64,000 bases of DNA from Zygnema circumcarinatum SAG 698-1b (Eukaryota > Plantae > Zygnematophyceae). The translations under genes were made by a program, and so were the position numbers. Where the stretch lies: assembly GCA_037447605.1 (NCBI GenBank), contig CM074805.1:4311361-4375360 (forward strand), given 5' to 3'. Positions 11,333 to 24,504 of the stretch are shown here, piece after piece. Under the pieces are notes generated by a model. It worked only from the letters and a program-made list of their open reading frames with translations. It searched no databases and had not been told where the DNA came from. Within the stretch, counting starts at the first letter, position 1, and every line of letters starts with the position of its first letter.

Positions 11333-12618
11333 ACGAGAACATTACGGAAGATTATTTGTACATCATGGAGAAACTCTGAATGTATGTGTTTGTCTTTGAG
11401 GAGAGTATATCGCGGGAATCGGAAGCTACGACTCAGAGAAAGTTTGGTCTGTGGTAACTCTCATGTACAGTAAGGTTCCTGCAGTCAACGACCCCTTACG
11501 GAGATGTCTGCATAGTTTTGGTTGGGCCAACCGATACTCATTCCTTTTCCCCCTTCTTAAGGCTCTGGGGACCACGATACCTAGGCGCTGTTTGGTGTGT
11601 CCAGGAACCTCGGCTTGTAGCAATTAGAGTCTGAGATGAACTGAGGTGTCCGTATGTCCATGCTTGCGAACAATGTTGTCTTTGAAACACGGGCATGGGA
11701 ACATGCTGTTCACAGCGATTGTGACCAAGTTAGTCGGACCTTTCCTTGTCCAATGGTGTGGCCTGCTCGCTAAAGGAGTCGTGATTCCATCTCTGTTCTT
11801 AAGGGCCGGGAGGGTGGTCTCAGGGGAGCCCTTGGTTGTTTGTCTTTTTTTTTTCTTTTTTTAATGATAGAAGAGCAAATTATGGCGAATCAAGTGAAAG
11901 CCTTTTGTCTTGAGGGGGGTGGTACGTTGATAATCAAGTTTTATCTGATTGAGCTAACTAGTAGAGAAATAACAGTCCTTCGACCTTACTTGGTACAGTA
12001 CTACCATTTTACCAAGTTTGCAACCTGATTATATATTTGTAAGACTTCCAGAGGATTATGCGGAGTTCAAGAGAAAATGTTGTGCCATTGACCAAGGAGT
12101 TCAAGGAGATTGTACATGGTCTTGAAAATCTCAGCGTCTCACCTTAATTGGCTATTTGAAGTTAGTGTGTCCCTCCCGGAAGGAATGGAATTGGAAAAAG
12201 CCTTTCCAAATTTCAAGTGTCCCTCCAAGTTCGGTTGATTCTAATGAGGAGTAGGTCACATTCAACTTCCGACTTCAAAAGATGCCCTACATGTGAAGGA
12301 ATGGCCCCTTCGAACGCAGCGCAATGTCAAGTACATCCTGCAAAGCATTACAACTGCGTAACAAATAATGGAGCCAAAAGTCATTCTCTGCTGCCTTACA
12401 GGTGACACATTTTCGGAGGTGTGGAGGTCCATGCAACGATGCGCATATGAAGTACATGAGTGGGCTGCGAGAGAAGAGAAGGGGAAGGGAAGGGGAGGGG
12501 AAGCCTCGCACTTGAGAAGGAGAGTGGAAGGAGATGAGCCATTGTGTTGGGAGATGAGCGAGATGAAAGGGAAGGAAGTGGCATTGAGAGAGATCGGACC
12601 ATACATATGAACGCTATG

Positions 12619-12677
12619 CCCCCCCCCCCCCCCCCCCCCCCCCCCCNNNNNNNNNNCCCCCCCCCCCCCCCCCCCCC
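12619..12677. other. Poly-C run containing an assembly gap (10 N at 12647..12656)
   Basis: Directly visible; the true length here is unknown. Confidence 0.97.
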
Positions 12678-13247
12678 TTTCTAGAGCTCATACAGAGAGC
12701 ACATGCACTTCACGCAGTTCCATGCTGTTGCTGCCAGTCATACTGTCATGTAACTGGACGTGACTGCGTGCATGGAACCGTCCTGTCCTGTCCTGTTCCG
12801 TGCATGGCCGTCGCGCGTCGCGGCGTCGGACATGCGACGCGCCGGCGGTACGCGGAGGGAAATTCGGCGCGCTTTGGCTGTCACGCCCGCCTCGTCTCAT
12901 CGCAATGTTTGACGCTGCAATGGCGGCCATGGATGGCGGCAACTGCAAAGAGGTCTAAGCGAATGTCTCAGTAGACAGTACTGCATCAAGGCAGGATGTG
13001 TCAACGAAGAGGTACAGCAGGATAAATATAAGGAGGAGGAGGAGGAGGAGGAGGAGGAGGAGGAGGAGGAGAGAAGGAGGCGTGGAGGAGGATAAGCAGA
13101 GATCCGAAGGAGGACGAGTGGGAGAAGAATCAGCTGAAGTAGGAGCTCAGATAGATATATTTTTTCCCACCTTGGGTGGATTTAGGGTTTTTATAACCCT
13201 CAAAAGGTATACAGTTTAGGGAGGTATTGTCTTTGTCCTTCTTTTCT

Positions 13248-13684
13248 ATGGAGCGCCTTCAAGCAGGGATCGTCGCGAGATGCCTGCTCTGTTTGACGAC
13301 GGCGTGGCTGACACGAGTGGGCGGGCAGTCGGATACGTACGTGTACAAGGTTATGCTTTACGGCGCTAACGAGGTGTCCAACCCCGGCGATCCTTCAGCT
13401 ACGGGTGTCGCAACATTGACCTTTAACGCGCTTGCGGGCACTCTTGTATTCGATATCGAGTATGGCTCTTTACCACGTGGGGCTCATATAATTCTAACCC
13501 ACCTGGGATCTGGGTTAATGCTGACTCCTTCGTTGCAACTCAAATCGTATTTTTAAGGCAAGAGAGAGGTCTTGAGACTATATATCACGTGTAATCAATG
13601 TAGGCATGTTGGTTTTCGTGTACGCTCGCGTTTCAGAATAGATGGAAAGATGAATCTTACTGCCAAAGAAGCTTTAGGGTTCAT

Positions 13685-13740
<56 letters not shown>

Positions 13741-14298
13741 AACCTAAATGACATATACAAACCTGCATGCCATGACCTGCAGATGCCAAGGCATCTCCTC
13801 TCCAATCGGCGTCGAGCTCGACTTTGGAGCCTCCGATGAAGTGGGCGGTGCGGCCGGATTCGGAAGCAGCGCTCTCATTTATTCCATGACCTCCGTCAGC
13901 ACAGTCGTGACGGCTTTGGGGCCCAACGAATACTCCATTACGGGCGTTGTGCCGGTGGACGTAGACACCATTTACTACATTTCAGAACAACCTTATAACT
14001 ACTACGTGCAAGTCTACACCATTGACTATCCGTATGGTACGTTTCCCTCTTAACTGTTCTGCGTTTTTCTCAAAAAAAAAGAAAAGAGAAAGAAACTGCA
14101 TCGCCTCACAAAGCGTCCGAACTGGTCAAAGCGGTCAAAATCGGTCAAGCAGATGTCCCTCTTTGTAAGCTCTTTGAATGTGTTTCCTTTCCATGTATCA
14201 TAACAGGCGCTATGCGCGGACAGCTTGCGACCATTGGGGGCACGGCACAAGTCACCGTGTCAGACTCCAACTTCGAAAATTTTGACCCCCTGCCGTAA
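13248..14298 (+). CDS. Secreted single CHRD-domain protein, copy 1; 3 exons, 185 aa
   Basis: join(13248..13459,13783..14036,14207..14298) = 558 nt. Hydrophobic signal-like N-terminus; LYGANEV..P...ATGVATLTF; YYVQVYT.DYPYGAMRGQL resembles the CHRD terminus YVNVHT..P.GEIRGQL. Confidence 0.75.
13688..13738. repeat. (TA)n microsatellite in CHRD copy 1 intron 1
   Basis: Pure TA run. Confidence 0.92.
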
Positions 14299-14876
14299 TT
14301 GTCCAATGGCTCTTTTTCTTTATTTGCACGTCGGCTGCATGAGAGGCCTGAAATTTGATGCCCTTCATGCGTGCCATGCGCGTCAGATTATGGCAAGCCA
14401 TTGGTTATAGGCTACTGCATGATCGAGACCCATTTGGGCTGTGCCCGCGGCCCAGCTAGGCGCAGTCTACGCTTGGCTATAGCCGTCATGCCTAGCAATG
14501 GTATTCTAGAATAGGATGCGTTATTCTTTTAACCTATGGAACTCATATAACTTGATGGTTCGCACCATGGTTCGATTGGCATTGGAAATAATTTTGACCA
14601 AGAGGAATGCTCGTGCATATGACGAGGCACGGCCGCTAGAAACAGTTTCGTTTCTCCATGCTCACAATTTTGAGTTATGGGAGGAAAGTTTGTTTAGGAC
14701 TGAGACTTTATTCTTAAAGATTTTGAGTTCATTTCGACCAAACAAAAGTATAATCATAAAATGTCTCTCCCACCTTCACGCAGTCTTTTAGAAAGCGCCT
14801 TGATTGTTTGTGGCGGTCTTTATCTTTGGTGAAACTGGTTGCCGGGCAACTCTGGCCACTGCTCTTTCTCCACCTG

Positions 14877-15216
<340 letters not shown>

Positions 15217-16321
15217 TTCTTTCATGTCAAATCCAAGTATGCCATGAACTATACTGTACCATATATTTTTTTTTCTATAGCTACAGTCGTGAGAACTCCT
15301 TATAAAGACTGATCAATGATAAGTGTTTTTCGGGGGAAAGTACCATCACGGAGGCATTGTCTGCGGTTTTACATCATAGACACCAAAGTGGGCAAAACAC
15401 ATCTGAAAAATGGTTCAATATGCCCCCCTCCTCATCACTGTAATGCGCGATAGCTGTCAGATCACAAAGGTTACAAGCTTGAACTTGGTTTCTTACCGAA
15501 CAGTGCAAGCATTGGTGCACACGCGCTCCCTTCTTCGAACACCTTCACCAGAGAGAGGGCGAGCATTCAAACACGTTCCAATTTTTTCCGCTACGCAGAT
15601 GATTTTGGTTTCTTGATTACAACGTGGAGCAGGAAACTATGCACCGCTCTCTCTTGCGTTTCCTGGTGGCATATTTTCAGAACGGAGGCCTTCCATGCAG
15701 CGATGAACCAATGAAGCACATGAGAGGGTTGAGAGAGAGAGAGAAGAGTGGAGAAAGCCTCACCCTAAAGAATGAGAGAGAGACAGGATGGAAGGCATTT
15801 CTGGAAAGCTTGAAAAGTTGGCACTGGATGGGGGACGTCCCGAAAGGCCCCAGTCACGAGTGCTCGAAAATTGGGTTTGAAACTTGGGCGACTTGTGACA
15901 GCCGAAGTGAGGACTGACCGAAAAGATCGAAAATAACGTACGGATTTGCATGGCGCTGCATGGTCCGTCGGTCGCGCGGTGGGACTCTGGGAAATCGCGC
16001 CGTCTCCTCGCTCCGCACGACGCCGCTGTGGCGGCCATGGCGACACTGCTAGAACATTTCACAGAAGGAGGAGGTGGAGGATGGAAGAGGAGGTGGAGGA
16101 AGAGGGGGGAAAGGAGGGAGAGGCGAAGGGGGAGAGGAGGGAGTGGCCGAGGGGGAGAGGTGGAAGAGGAGGGAGAGGCGGAGGAAGGGGAGCAGGTGGA
16201 GGAGCATCAGCCGAACTACGAGTTAAGCCAGAAATTTTCTTCCCCCTCGGTGAATTTTAGAGTTTCAATTGTTCCCAAAGCAAATAGCTTGAGGGAGGTC
16301 TTCTTGTCCTCTTTCCCAGGA

Positions 16322-18253
16322 ATGAAGGGCCTACGAGCAGGGATAGTGGCGATCTGCCTGCTCTGCTTGACGACGGCGTGGCTGACACGAGTGGGCGGGC
16401 AATCGGATACGTACGTGTACAAGGTGATGCTTTATGGTGCTAATGAGGTGTTGAACCCCGGCGATCCTTCAGCTACGGCTGTCGCAACATTGACCTTTGA
16501 CGCGCTTGCGGGCACTCTTGTATTCGATATCGAGTATGGCTCTATACCACATGGGGTCCGTAAAAAGTTAAATTCAACTGGGTTATGGGTTAATTCAGCA
16601 CCCATGCTTAGAAATGCAAGGGCGTAACCAGGCAAAAGAAAGGAAGCTTGAGGCTTCAGACCATGTTGCCTCATGTTGACTTTCACGTTTCAGACAATTA
16701 TCAGAAGTGAAGTCAAGATAACCTTTAATTTATAATCCATGAAGGGATGTGCCTTTTGCATAGTGAAACACGCTTTCCTGCATGCCATGACCTGCAGATG
16801 CAAAGGCATCTCGTCTCCAGCCGGCGTCGACCTCAACTATGGAGCCTACAACGAAGTGGGGGGTTCAGGCACGCTTGGAAGCAGCGCTCTCATTGTCTCC
16901 TTAACTGTCATTAACACGAAGGTGATCGCTGTGGGGCCCAACGATTACTCCATTACGGGCGTTGTACCAGTGCCAGTAGACGAAATTTCCGCCATTGCAG
17001 CGGATCCCTATAACTACTACGTGCAGGTGTACTCGTGGGACTATCCCTACGGTGTGTTTTCGGGCTGAATTCCCTACACACTAACTGTGCCTTGCCTCAC
17101 AAAGCAGTTACATGACCTAAATTTTGGCTTCTCTGTAAAAGAATGAAGAGCTTCTACTTTCTTTTCGGTGGTTTCCTTTCTAATATTTTAGGGTAGTGAT
17201 ATTTCCACCCCTTTTTTGGATCCAAACACCCCTTCCCGGCCGGGCAGATTTCAAAAAGGATTAAAAACGGAAAATGCTTTTTCACACCTTTTTGGAATCG
17301 ATACCCACCCTCCATCGGCAGATTTTATTTTTGCGAAACAAGGAAAATGATAACCCGTCACCCCATTTTGAATATCCCACCTACCTGAATTTTTTTCACG
17401 TTTGCGGTCAATCGCAGCCGTCGATTCCCTCGCAGATCGCAACACGGCAGATCACTATTTGATCTGCAGCCGGGCTCGGTCACAGCGAATGGCACTTGCC
17501 CACGTATCCCGCCAAACTCGTCTCAAAAGCTTGTCCGTACAAATGTCGTACGGTCGCAACTTGAGAAACCCAAAATTTCGTACATTGAGACCAATCAAAA
17601 ATTTCCACGTCAAAAATGTAACACGTGGCAAATGTTGATTGGCTGAGAGCTGACAATGAACGAGATCTCGGGCCGAGGGAAGCGCGCACTCGCTCGTGCG
17701 ATCCGGCTTTGGCGGGACTCGTGGGCGCTTTCCATTCGCTGAGATCGAGCCCGGCTGTAGATCGAACGGTGATCTGCAGTGGTGCGATCTGCGAGGGAAT
17801 CGACAGCTGCGATTGACACACACGTGTGAACGACGGACACCCGCGAACGATCTCGTGGCGGACGGATCTTCCGCTCCGAGCGGATTCGGGCAGGCAGATA
17901 TTTCTTTTCCTCAAAAAAAAAAAATTAGGGAGGCGGAATACAGTATTCAAAATGCGGTGACGGAGTATCATGTGCCTTGGTTAGCAAAAATAAAATCAGC
18001 CGACGGAAGAAGGTGGGTATCGATTCCAAAAAGATGTGAAAAAAGCATTTTCCGTTTTTAATCCCTTTTGAAATCTGCCCGGCCGGGAAGGGGTGTTTGG
18101 ATCCAAAAAAGGGGTGGAAATATCACTACCCATATTTTATCCCCCTAATGTTGCATAACAGGTGCTATGCGCGGACAGCTGGCGACTGTGGGAGGCACCG
18201 ACCAAGTCACTGTGTCAGACTCCAACTTGGAAGATTTTAGTTCGCCGCCTTGA
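16322..18253 (+). CDS. Secreted single CHRD-domain protein, copy 2 (tandem paralogue); 3 exons, 185 aa
   Basis: join(16322..16533,16798..17051,18162..18253) = 558 nt. Exon lengths are identical to copy 1 (212/254/92); intron 2 is enlarged by a transposon. Confidence 0.75.
17191..18131. mobile_element. Non-autonomous fold-back / MULE-like DNA transposon, 941 bp, in CHRD copy 2 intron 2
   Basis: Ends GGGTAGTGATATTTCCACCCC... and its reverse complement; more than 60 terminal nt are identical and the TIR runs about 210 nt. Inverted similarity continues internally (about 17400..17505 vs 17720..17830). 8-bp TSD ATATTTTA at 17183..17190 and 18132..18139. Absent from the paralogous intron (170 vs 1110 nt). 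No transposase ORF. Confidence 0.9.
17591..17642. promoter_or_regulatory. Dyad CCAAT/G-box module B in the transposon loop
   Basis: CCAAT(17591)-N10-CACGT(17606) and CACGTG(17622)-N10-ATTGG(17638), both exact; three CGTAC immediately upstream. Confidence 0.5.
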
Positions 18254-19083
18254 TCCTTACGAGGCTTTCTTCATGTTTCCATGTCGGCCTAACAAAGGCA
18301 TGGTCCTAGCGCCCTCCTTGTGCCTCGTTAAAGGCTTCGTCTGCTAGGTTTCGTTCCAACACTCGCCCCGTAGGCCCTTTGGGGCCAAACATTGACGGAG
18401 GTTTCCACATTATGGATATAGGTTTCTGGATGATGGATATCTCCATGCAGCCAAGGAATGTCGACACGCATTGGGCTTTGGCTATTGGCTAACTTTACGC
18501 CCTACCTCGGCACAGTGTAGGTATTTACGAATGTTGGTTAGCCCCTGGCACGGGTTGTTGTCATTTGATGCCTTGCACCACAGCTTAAATGGATTTAAGA
18601 AGTGTTTGAGCAAGAGCCAAGAGCCAATCAAAATTCTCTCTCTGAGACGAGGCAAAGCTGCAGTGGCTGCTCGGAAAGCTGACTGACTGTACCACACACC
18701 CTGAAGATTGGGTTGTAAGATTGCGCCAATCAGCGAGCTGAAGCGTACTCCAAACTACAGAGGGGGAAGATGATAGCACACTACTTTAGCACCTGACCAG
18801 TCTCAATCAAATTCCGTAAAGGGTGGCAACTGACGAAAACCTTGCTCAGGATGAATTTATAAAAATAGAAATGAAACGAGATCAACTTGATAATGACAAT
18901 CCCTATAGTCTAACCATGACTACAGGTACTTCCGGCGAAAGCTGGAAAGGAAGATCTCGATATTGCGAACAGTCAAAACTATCCGAAACGTCAGTCCTTT
19001 CAGAACCGTTCAGTTGATCGGGTACAGACGAACATCAGAAGGGTGGCCCGCGAATAAAACATTTTAAGGCTTCACTCATCATT

Positions 19084-22000
19084 TCAGTGCGATGCACTTG
19101 GTTCTGCAAATGTTGTATGGAATTGAAGCCACCTCGGTTGATGGCTGGCATCATCCTGTTACATCCAACGCAACATTTGAATCAGCATAAAGCCACAGCT
19201 TCATGTTTGAAAATGCAACCCCAAGAAGACTTAAGCAGCCAAATGGCTATCAATAGGGCCAACGAACGTTATCTTATTAGCCGTCATTGAGCATGGCAGA
19301 TCCCTAGAACTATGCTGACTCTGTCGCCCTAATTCTTGGTCAAGAGTGATTCTGTGAGTCTGCAATCTATAAGATTATCCCCTACACAGCGCAGGAGCGC
19401 AGGAGAGGAAAGAGCGAGGGGGGACAAGGGGGAGGGGGGGGGAGGGGGGGAGGGGAGGGAGAATGGGAGGGAGAGAGTGGACGAGAGAGTGGGCCGGGGG
19501 TGAGAGATGGGCTTACCTTCACCCCGAGTAGGGCTGTCGCAATCTGCACATTCTGACCACCTTCTGCAGTATCACATAAAGACGAAACGAGCATTAGTTT
19601 TTCCGCAATAGCAATAGCAAGAACCGAAAAATCACCTCTATCCACTTTGAAAGTTTAAAAATTCTGCAAGACTCCAACCTACTCTTCACTCCTGTCTTCC
19701 TGTCGATAGCTTCGCTTAGCGTACCTTCAACATGCTGGTGAAGGTTGAACCTAAGAAGCCAGAGCTTTTCTGGAACAAGCTCACTTGATCGCATTCGGTC
19801 AACCCACATCTTCAAGTTTTTTCCTTTCAAGCTCCCGTAGCTCCGACTGAACTGCTCCCCCCACTCTTCTCTAGTGACTTCTCTCCCTGTTGGTAAAATC
19901 TGTAGAAAGTCGTCACCCTGAATGCCGGCAAAAACAGGTATTTGTCAGCATTCCCTCCAGTGCACTATTGTCGTGAATATTTTGTGATAAGCGCCCTCGT
20001 TTCCTAATCCCTTTCAAAACAGGCGGATTTTTTCTCATTGAACCCTTACCGCCAAAAGCGACACTTGCTTCTGAACGTTTCCATCGTGCTCAATCTGTCC
20101 CGTCAACCACTGCTCTGTAAAGATGAAAAATTGAATGACGTGCCTTTGCACATCCGCCAATGACTTCACCTCCTGCTGAAGGAGAATTTCCTGCAAGCTG
20201 ATAAGCTGATCGCGGGGGGAGTTCGCCGGTAAAAACTTATTGTGTTGCATTGCTTGAATAATCCCGGATGCACACCGTTCTGTTGCTCGAAAGACGTGAT
20301 CTTTTTCCGTTTGCTTCTCATACCATTGCACTAGTTCATCCATGGCATTGCCCACCTGGCAAGAACAAATTGCTCACTTCAGAATTGTCGGCCATGTGTG
20401 CCATTTGGTCCAGTCTTTTATTGATGTATCACAGGCCCTACTTCGTGCTCAAGCGCAAGCTAATCTGATTTATGATAGTGCTAAATCTTGAAGAGTTAAA
20501 GAATGGTCAGCAATGGCAAATTGGCAATGAACAATCCAAAACCTTGACCAAAAACTTATCTCCACGGCTTACAGACGCTGATTTTGCAACCAAAAAGGGC
20601 TTAGGATTTCGGAAACGTACAATGACTCCATTAGCACCCTGCACTTCAAACAGCTCTGCATCGTTTCCCGAGTCTCCGCAAGCCAAAACATTGTTTGGAC
20701 GCCTATTTTCATCGCTAAACTTCTTAAGAAGATAAGCAAGCGCTCCACCCTTTCCAGCCGCCTTTGGAAGAATGTCAAGGTCGCTTCCTCCGCTGTAGAT
20801 AAATTTCACTTGGAGCTGCAGTCATGAGCTTGCTGTTAGCTGTAGACCTTCATCATTAACTTCATGTACTGTCAAAACAGTGAAGCGCATGCATTATTAA
20901 GACAGCTGTCATGATATTTTGGAGCAAAAGTTTAATGACATTGATGCGTCTCTAACAAGTAACGTGATTCTAGTAAAGGGCTGGCGTCATTCTGTCTACA
21001 TAGTGTGTCATAGGGTTCACCCAAACAATATTAGAATGTCTCACCCCTTCTTCGTGCAGCCGTTTAGAAAGCGTCTCGATGATTTGTGGCGCTTTTTCTT
21101 TGGCAACACTAAAGCTTACTTTGTGTGGCCGCTGCTCTGTCTCCACCTGCAACATCAGAAGAAACTGCTGTCAACTCGAAGTAATGCTGGAGAGTGCGCA
21201 GAGCGAGGCACTGACTGCAATTTTACAGTTGCTGAGTGGTCGGTTCCAATAAATCAGAACAAAAGATTAACCTGAATTGCGGGTCTAGAAGGTCATGCCC
21301 AGGGGTACGGCTGATGCCATTGGAGTCAGAACATTCAAGCCCTACCTGAAAGGTTAGATTTGGAAGTTTTTTAGCTTCTGTCACAATGGTATCTCTATTC
21401 CATCCTTGGTTCAGAATGGCTTCCCATCCGGCATCGGCAGTCATCGTATCGCCATACATTATCTCCGTTCCTACAGACATGATGAGAATTCCTGAATACA
21501 AACAGACAATCCAGGACAATGGAGAAAATAAGCATTTATCTTTGTAAGAAACTCCTTCATTCCTGTATTTTTGAAAACTTTACATATTAAATGAGTACAC
21601 ACCCGGTGTCAATAAAGGCACATGTTCTCGAAGCTGCTTGTAAAGAGTCGGCGACCTTCCAGTTGAAAAGACAAGCAGCGAGTCATGCGCATACTCCGCC
21701 TCCCAAAGCGCATTAAACCGCAGCAACGACTTGTGGGCAGGATCTTGGTGATCAACCTGAGAGAATTAATGCCGGCAAGAGAAAGAGTCTGGATATAGCA
21801 GGCAAAGAGCTTGAAAGAGCAGCGGCAGTAACAAGAGTACCAAAAACCAATGCCAGAACAGCAGCAGCAGCAGAAGCAGTGGAAGCAGAATCAAAAATAC
21901 AAATGGACGGTTCATATGCTGCAGCTTGATTCCAGACTGAAGCAGCTTAAAAACAGGATAAAATCTGCTGGAAAGCTGTAGTACTTCTACAATATGGCTG

Positions 22001-22119
22001 AGTTAGAGCGTGTGAATGCCGCATATCACTCGTACCATGGTGTTGTCAAGATCTGACACGATCATAAGCCTGGGAGCCCTCCGGCCCCTGGCTATGGCGC
22101 CCTCGCCTGTGGCTCCCAT
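19084..22119 (-). CDS. SPP: Sucrose-phosphate phosphatase (HAD domain plus plant C-terminal domain); 9 exons, 432 aa
   Basis: complement(join(19084..19155,19517..19563,19725..19917,20050..20355,20621..20815,21045..21146,21346..21491,21603..21756,22036..22119)) = 1299 nt. Motifs: [65 protein letters not shown]. The three 3' exon boundaries are less certain. Confidence 0.88.
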
Positions 22120-22368
22120 TTCTCACGTGAGCAAGGCCTGCTGCCAGTGCAACACACACGCTCCACAAATATCTGAGCAAACTTTATTAAATGCGCTATT
22201 TTTTCGTTTCTCCTCCCTCACCTTTTCCCTCTCCGCCTCCCTCTCCCTCTTCCTCACCTTCTCCCTCGCCCTCTCCGTCTCCCTCTCCCTCTCCCTCTGC
22301 CCTCTCCTCTCCTTCTTCCCTCTCTTTTCCAGTTGTAGGGTGGGACTTCATGGGGATACCCGGATCTT

Positions 22369-22421
22369 CCAATCAGAAAATTCCACGTGTCCAATATACA
22401 CACGTGACAAGCCGTGATTGG
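22369..22421. promoter_or_regulatory. Dyad CCAAT/G-box module C upstream of SPP
   Basis: CCAAT(22369)-N10-CACGTG(22384) and CACGTG(22401)-N10-ATTGG(22417), both exact; further ACGTG boxes to about 22770. Confidence 0.55.
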
Positions 22422-23109
22422 TCCTCATAGAAACCTCCCGAGCGCCCCCCTGCCCTCTTCTCGGTTCCCAGATCCAGGGCCCACTCCCGTCCAAAAGACC
22501 CTGTTGGCGACGTGGCGGGTGCACGGCTCCAATGTTCGCCACGTGTCCTAATGAACTACGATACTCCCAATGAGAACTTGCCACGCCATTACAGAACGCA
22601 ATGGCAGGATCCTTGCTGCGCACGTGGCGAGTCCTCCGCACTCCTTGGTTACGGTGCCACGAGGCATTCTCTGAGTCGCTAAGAAGGGATCCACTAGGCG
22701 CACAGCTCTCTGCACCGTACGGTCGTTGCGGGCGCCCGCGATTGGTCGGACGGGAGGCCGTCGCGCCACGTCAGCTGCGGCGGGGTCAGAGCCCAATAGG
22801 AAGTATGGAAAACTGAATATAAGAACTAAAACACGTTTGGGTTTGGTGCGTTGTTGTGCCTAGGCGTAGTTTTCCGCTCCTAGCTTCGTTTTATTGTGTT
22901 TCGGTCCTTTGTGACCAGTCCTTCGTGGTTCCACATTTTGCCTTTATCCATGTAAATTTGATGGCCTCGCCATCGCGAGTTCAATGAAAGTTTGCGTATT
23001 TGTGTTTGGGGTTCTATGTATTGAAACATCGGAGTAAGGAGTACTTTTTTTCGATGACAAGCCCCTACTTAGTACTGGAGGGCCTCTGGAAAGGGCAGGT
23101 ACAAATGAA

Positions 23110-23161
23110 CCAATCATGGCGTGCCACGTCGGATTTATACCACGTGACAGGTTGTGATTGG
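23110..23161. promoter_or_regulatory. Dyad CCAAT/G-box module D between SPP and the fucosyltransferase-like gene
   Basis: CCAAT(23110)-N10-CACGT(23125) and CACGTG(23141)-N10-ATTGG(23157), both exact; GTAC at 23041, 23072, 23099. Confidence 0.55.
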
Positions 23162-23242
23162 TTTCAGTTCGCCTGAGTTTTTAAAAAGTCCGTTCCTGAG
23201 GGTCAACGTCAAATTCTAATGATGCCCTCTGCCAGGCACCGT

Positions 23243-24334
23243 GGGAGAGGGAGGGCGAGGGCGAGGGCGAGGGAGAGGGAGAGGGAGAGGGAGGGAGAGG
23301 GGAGAGGGAGAGGGAGCGGGAGAGGGAGAGGGAGAGGAGGGCGAGTGAGAAGGAGGGCGAGGGAGAGGGAGAGTGACAGGGAGAGGAGGGCAAGGGAGAG
23401 GTAGAGGGAGAAGAGGGTGAGGGAGAGGGAGAGCGAGAGGGAAAGGGAGAGGGAGAGTGCGAGGAGGGCGAGGGCGTGGGCGTGGTAGAGGGAGAGGGAG
23501 AGCGAGAGGGAGAGGGAGAGGGAGAGGGAGAGGGAGAGGGAGAGGGGAGAGGGAAAGGGAGCGGGAGAGGGAGAGGGAGAGGAGGTCGAGTGAGAAGGAG
23601 GGCGAGGGAGAGGGAGAGGAGGGCGAGGGAGAGGTAGAGGGAGAAGAGGGTGAGGGAGAGGGAGAGCGAGAGGGAAAGGGAGAGGGAGAGTGAGAGGAGG
23701 GCGAGGGCGTGGGCGTGGTAGAGGGAGAGGGAGAGCGAGAGGGAAAGGGAGAGGGAGAGGGAGGAGAGGGCGAGGGCGTGGTAGAGGGAGAGGAGGACGA
23801 GGGAGAGGGAGAGGGAGAGGAAGAGGGAGAGGAGGTCGAGGGAGCGGGAGAGGGAGAGGGGAGTGGGAAAGGGCGCGGGAGAGGGAGAGGGAGAGGAGGT
23901 CGAGTGAGAAGGAGGGCGAGGGAGAGGGAGAGGAGGGCGAGGGAGAGGTAGAGGGAGAAGAGGGTGAGGGAGAGGGAGAGCGAGAGGGAAAGGGAGAGGG
24001 AGAGTGAGAGGAGAGGAGGGCGAGGGCGTGGGCGTGGTAGAGGGAGAGGGAGAGCGAGAGGGAAAGGGAGAGGGAGAGGGAGGAGAGGGCGAGGGCGTGG
24101 TAGAGGGAGAGGAGGACGAGGGAGAGGGAGAGGGAGAGGAAGAGGGAGAGGAGGTCGAGGGAGCGGGAGAAGGAGAGGAGGGCGAGGGAGCGGGAGAGGG
24201 AGAGGAGAGCGAGGGAGAGGGAGAGGGAGAGGGAGAGGGAGAGGGAGAGGGAGAGGGAGGGAGAGGGAGAGGGAGAGGGAGGGAGGGAGAGGGAAAGGGA
24301 GAGGGAGAGGGAGAGGGAGAGGGAGAGGTAGAGG
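23243..24334. repeat. 1.1-kb (GAGAGG)n-type purine satellite with higher-order repeat
   Basis: Hexamer-based. The marker GAGG(T/G)CGAGTGAGAAGGAG recurs near 23336, 23581 and 23895 (periods about 245 and 314). Confidence 0.92.
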
Positions 24335-24504
24335 CTTAGCTGCAGCAGGTCCTTATTACTGCGCATAAGACCTCCTCCGCTGATTGACCACGGCTCAAAC
24401 GGATGGGTGATCAGATGGATGGATGGATGACTATAGAGGGTTGGCTGGAGGACAAGTTATAGGAGGAGGAAGGGGAAGAAGGAGAGAGAGTGGGAAGCGC
24501 AGCC

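Noticed and set aside
12619-12677. Poly-C/G tract as a biological G4 element
   Set aside because: It spans an N gap, so its length and continuity are unreliable.
13460-13520. GAHII read as the CHRD AHIH motif in copy 1
   Set aside because: It lies after the GA|GTATGG donor shared by both paralogues and is not conserved in copy 2 (GVRKK), so it is intronic.
19245-19360. Alternative SPP terminal exon (THRITLDQ...)
   Set aside because: No similarity to the SPP C-terminus; exon 19084..19155 (PRWLQFHTT) fits better.
23181-24368. Arg-Gly, Glu-Gly and Leu-Ser-Pro ORFs up to 385 aa
   Set aside because: Artefacts of the GAGAGG satellite; no splice or domain context.
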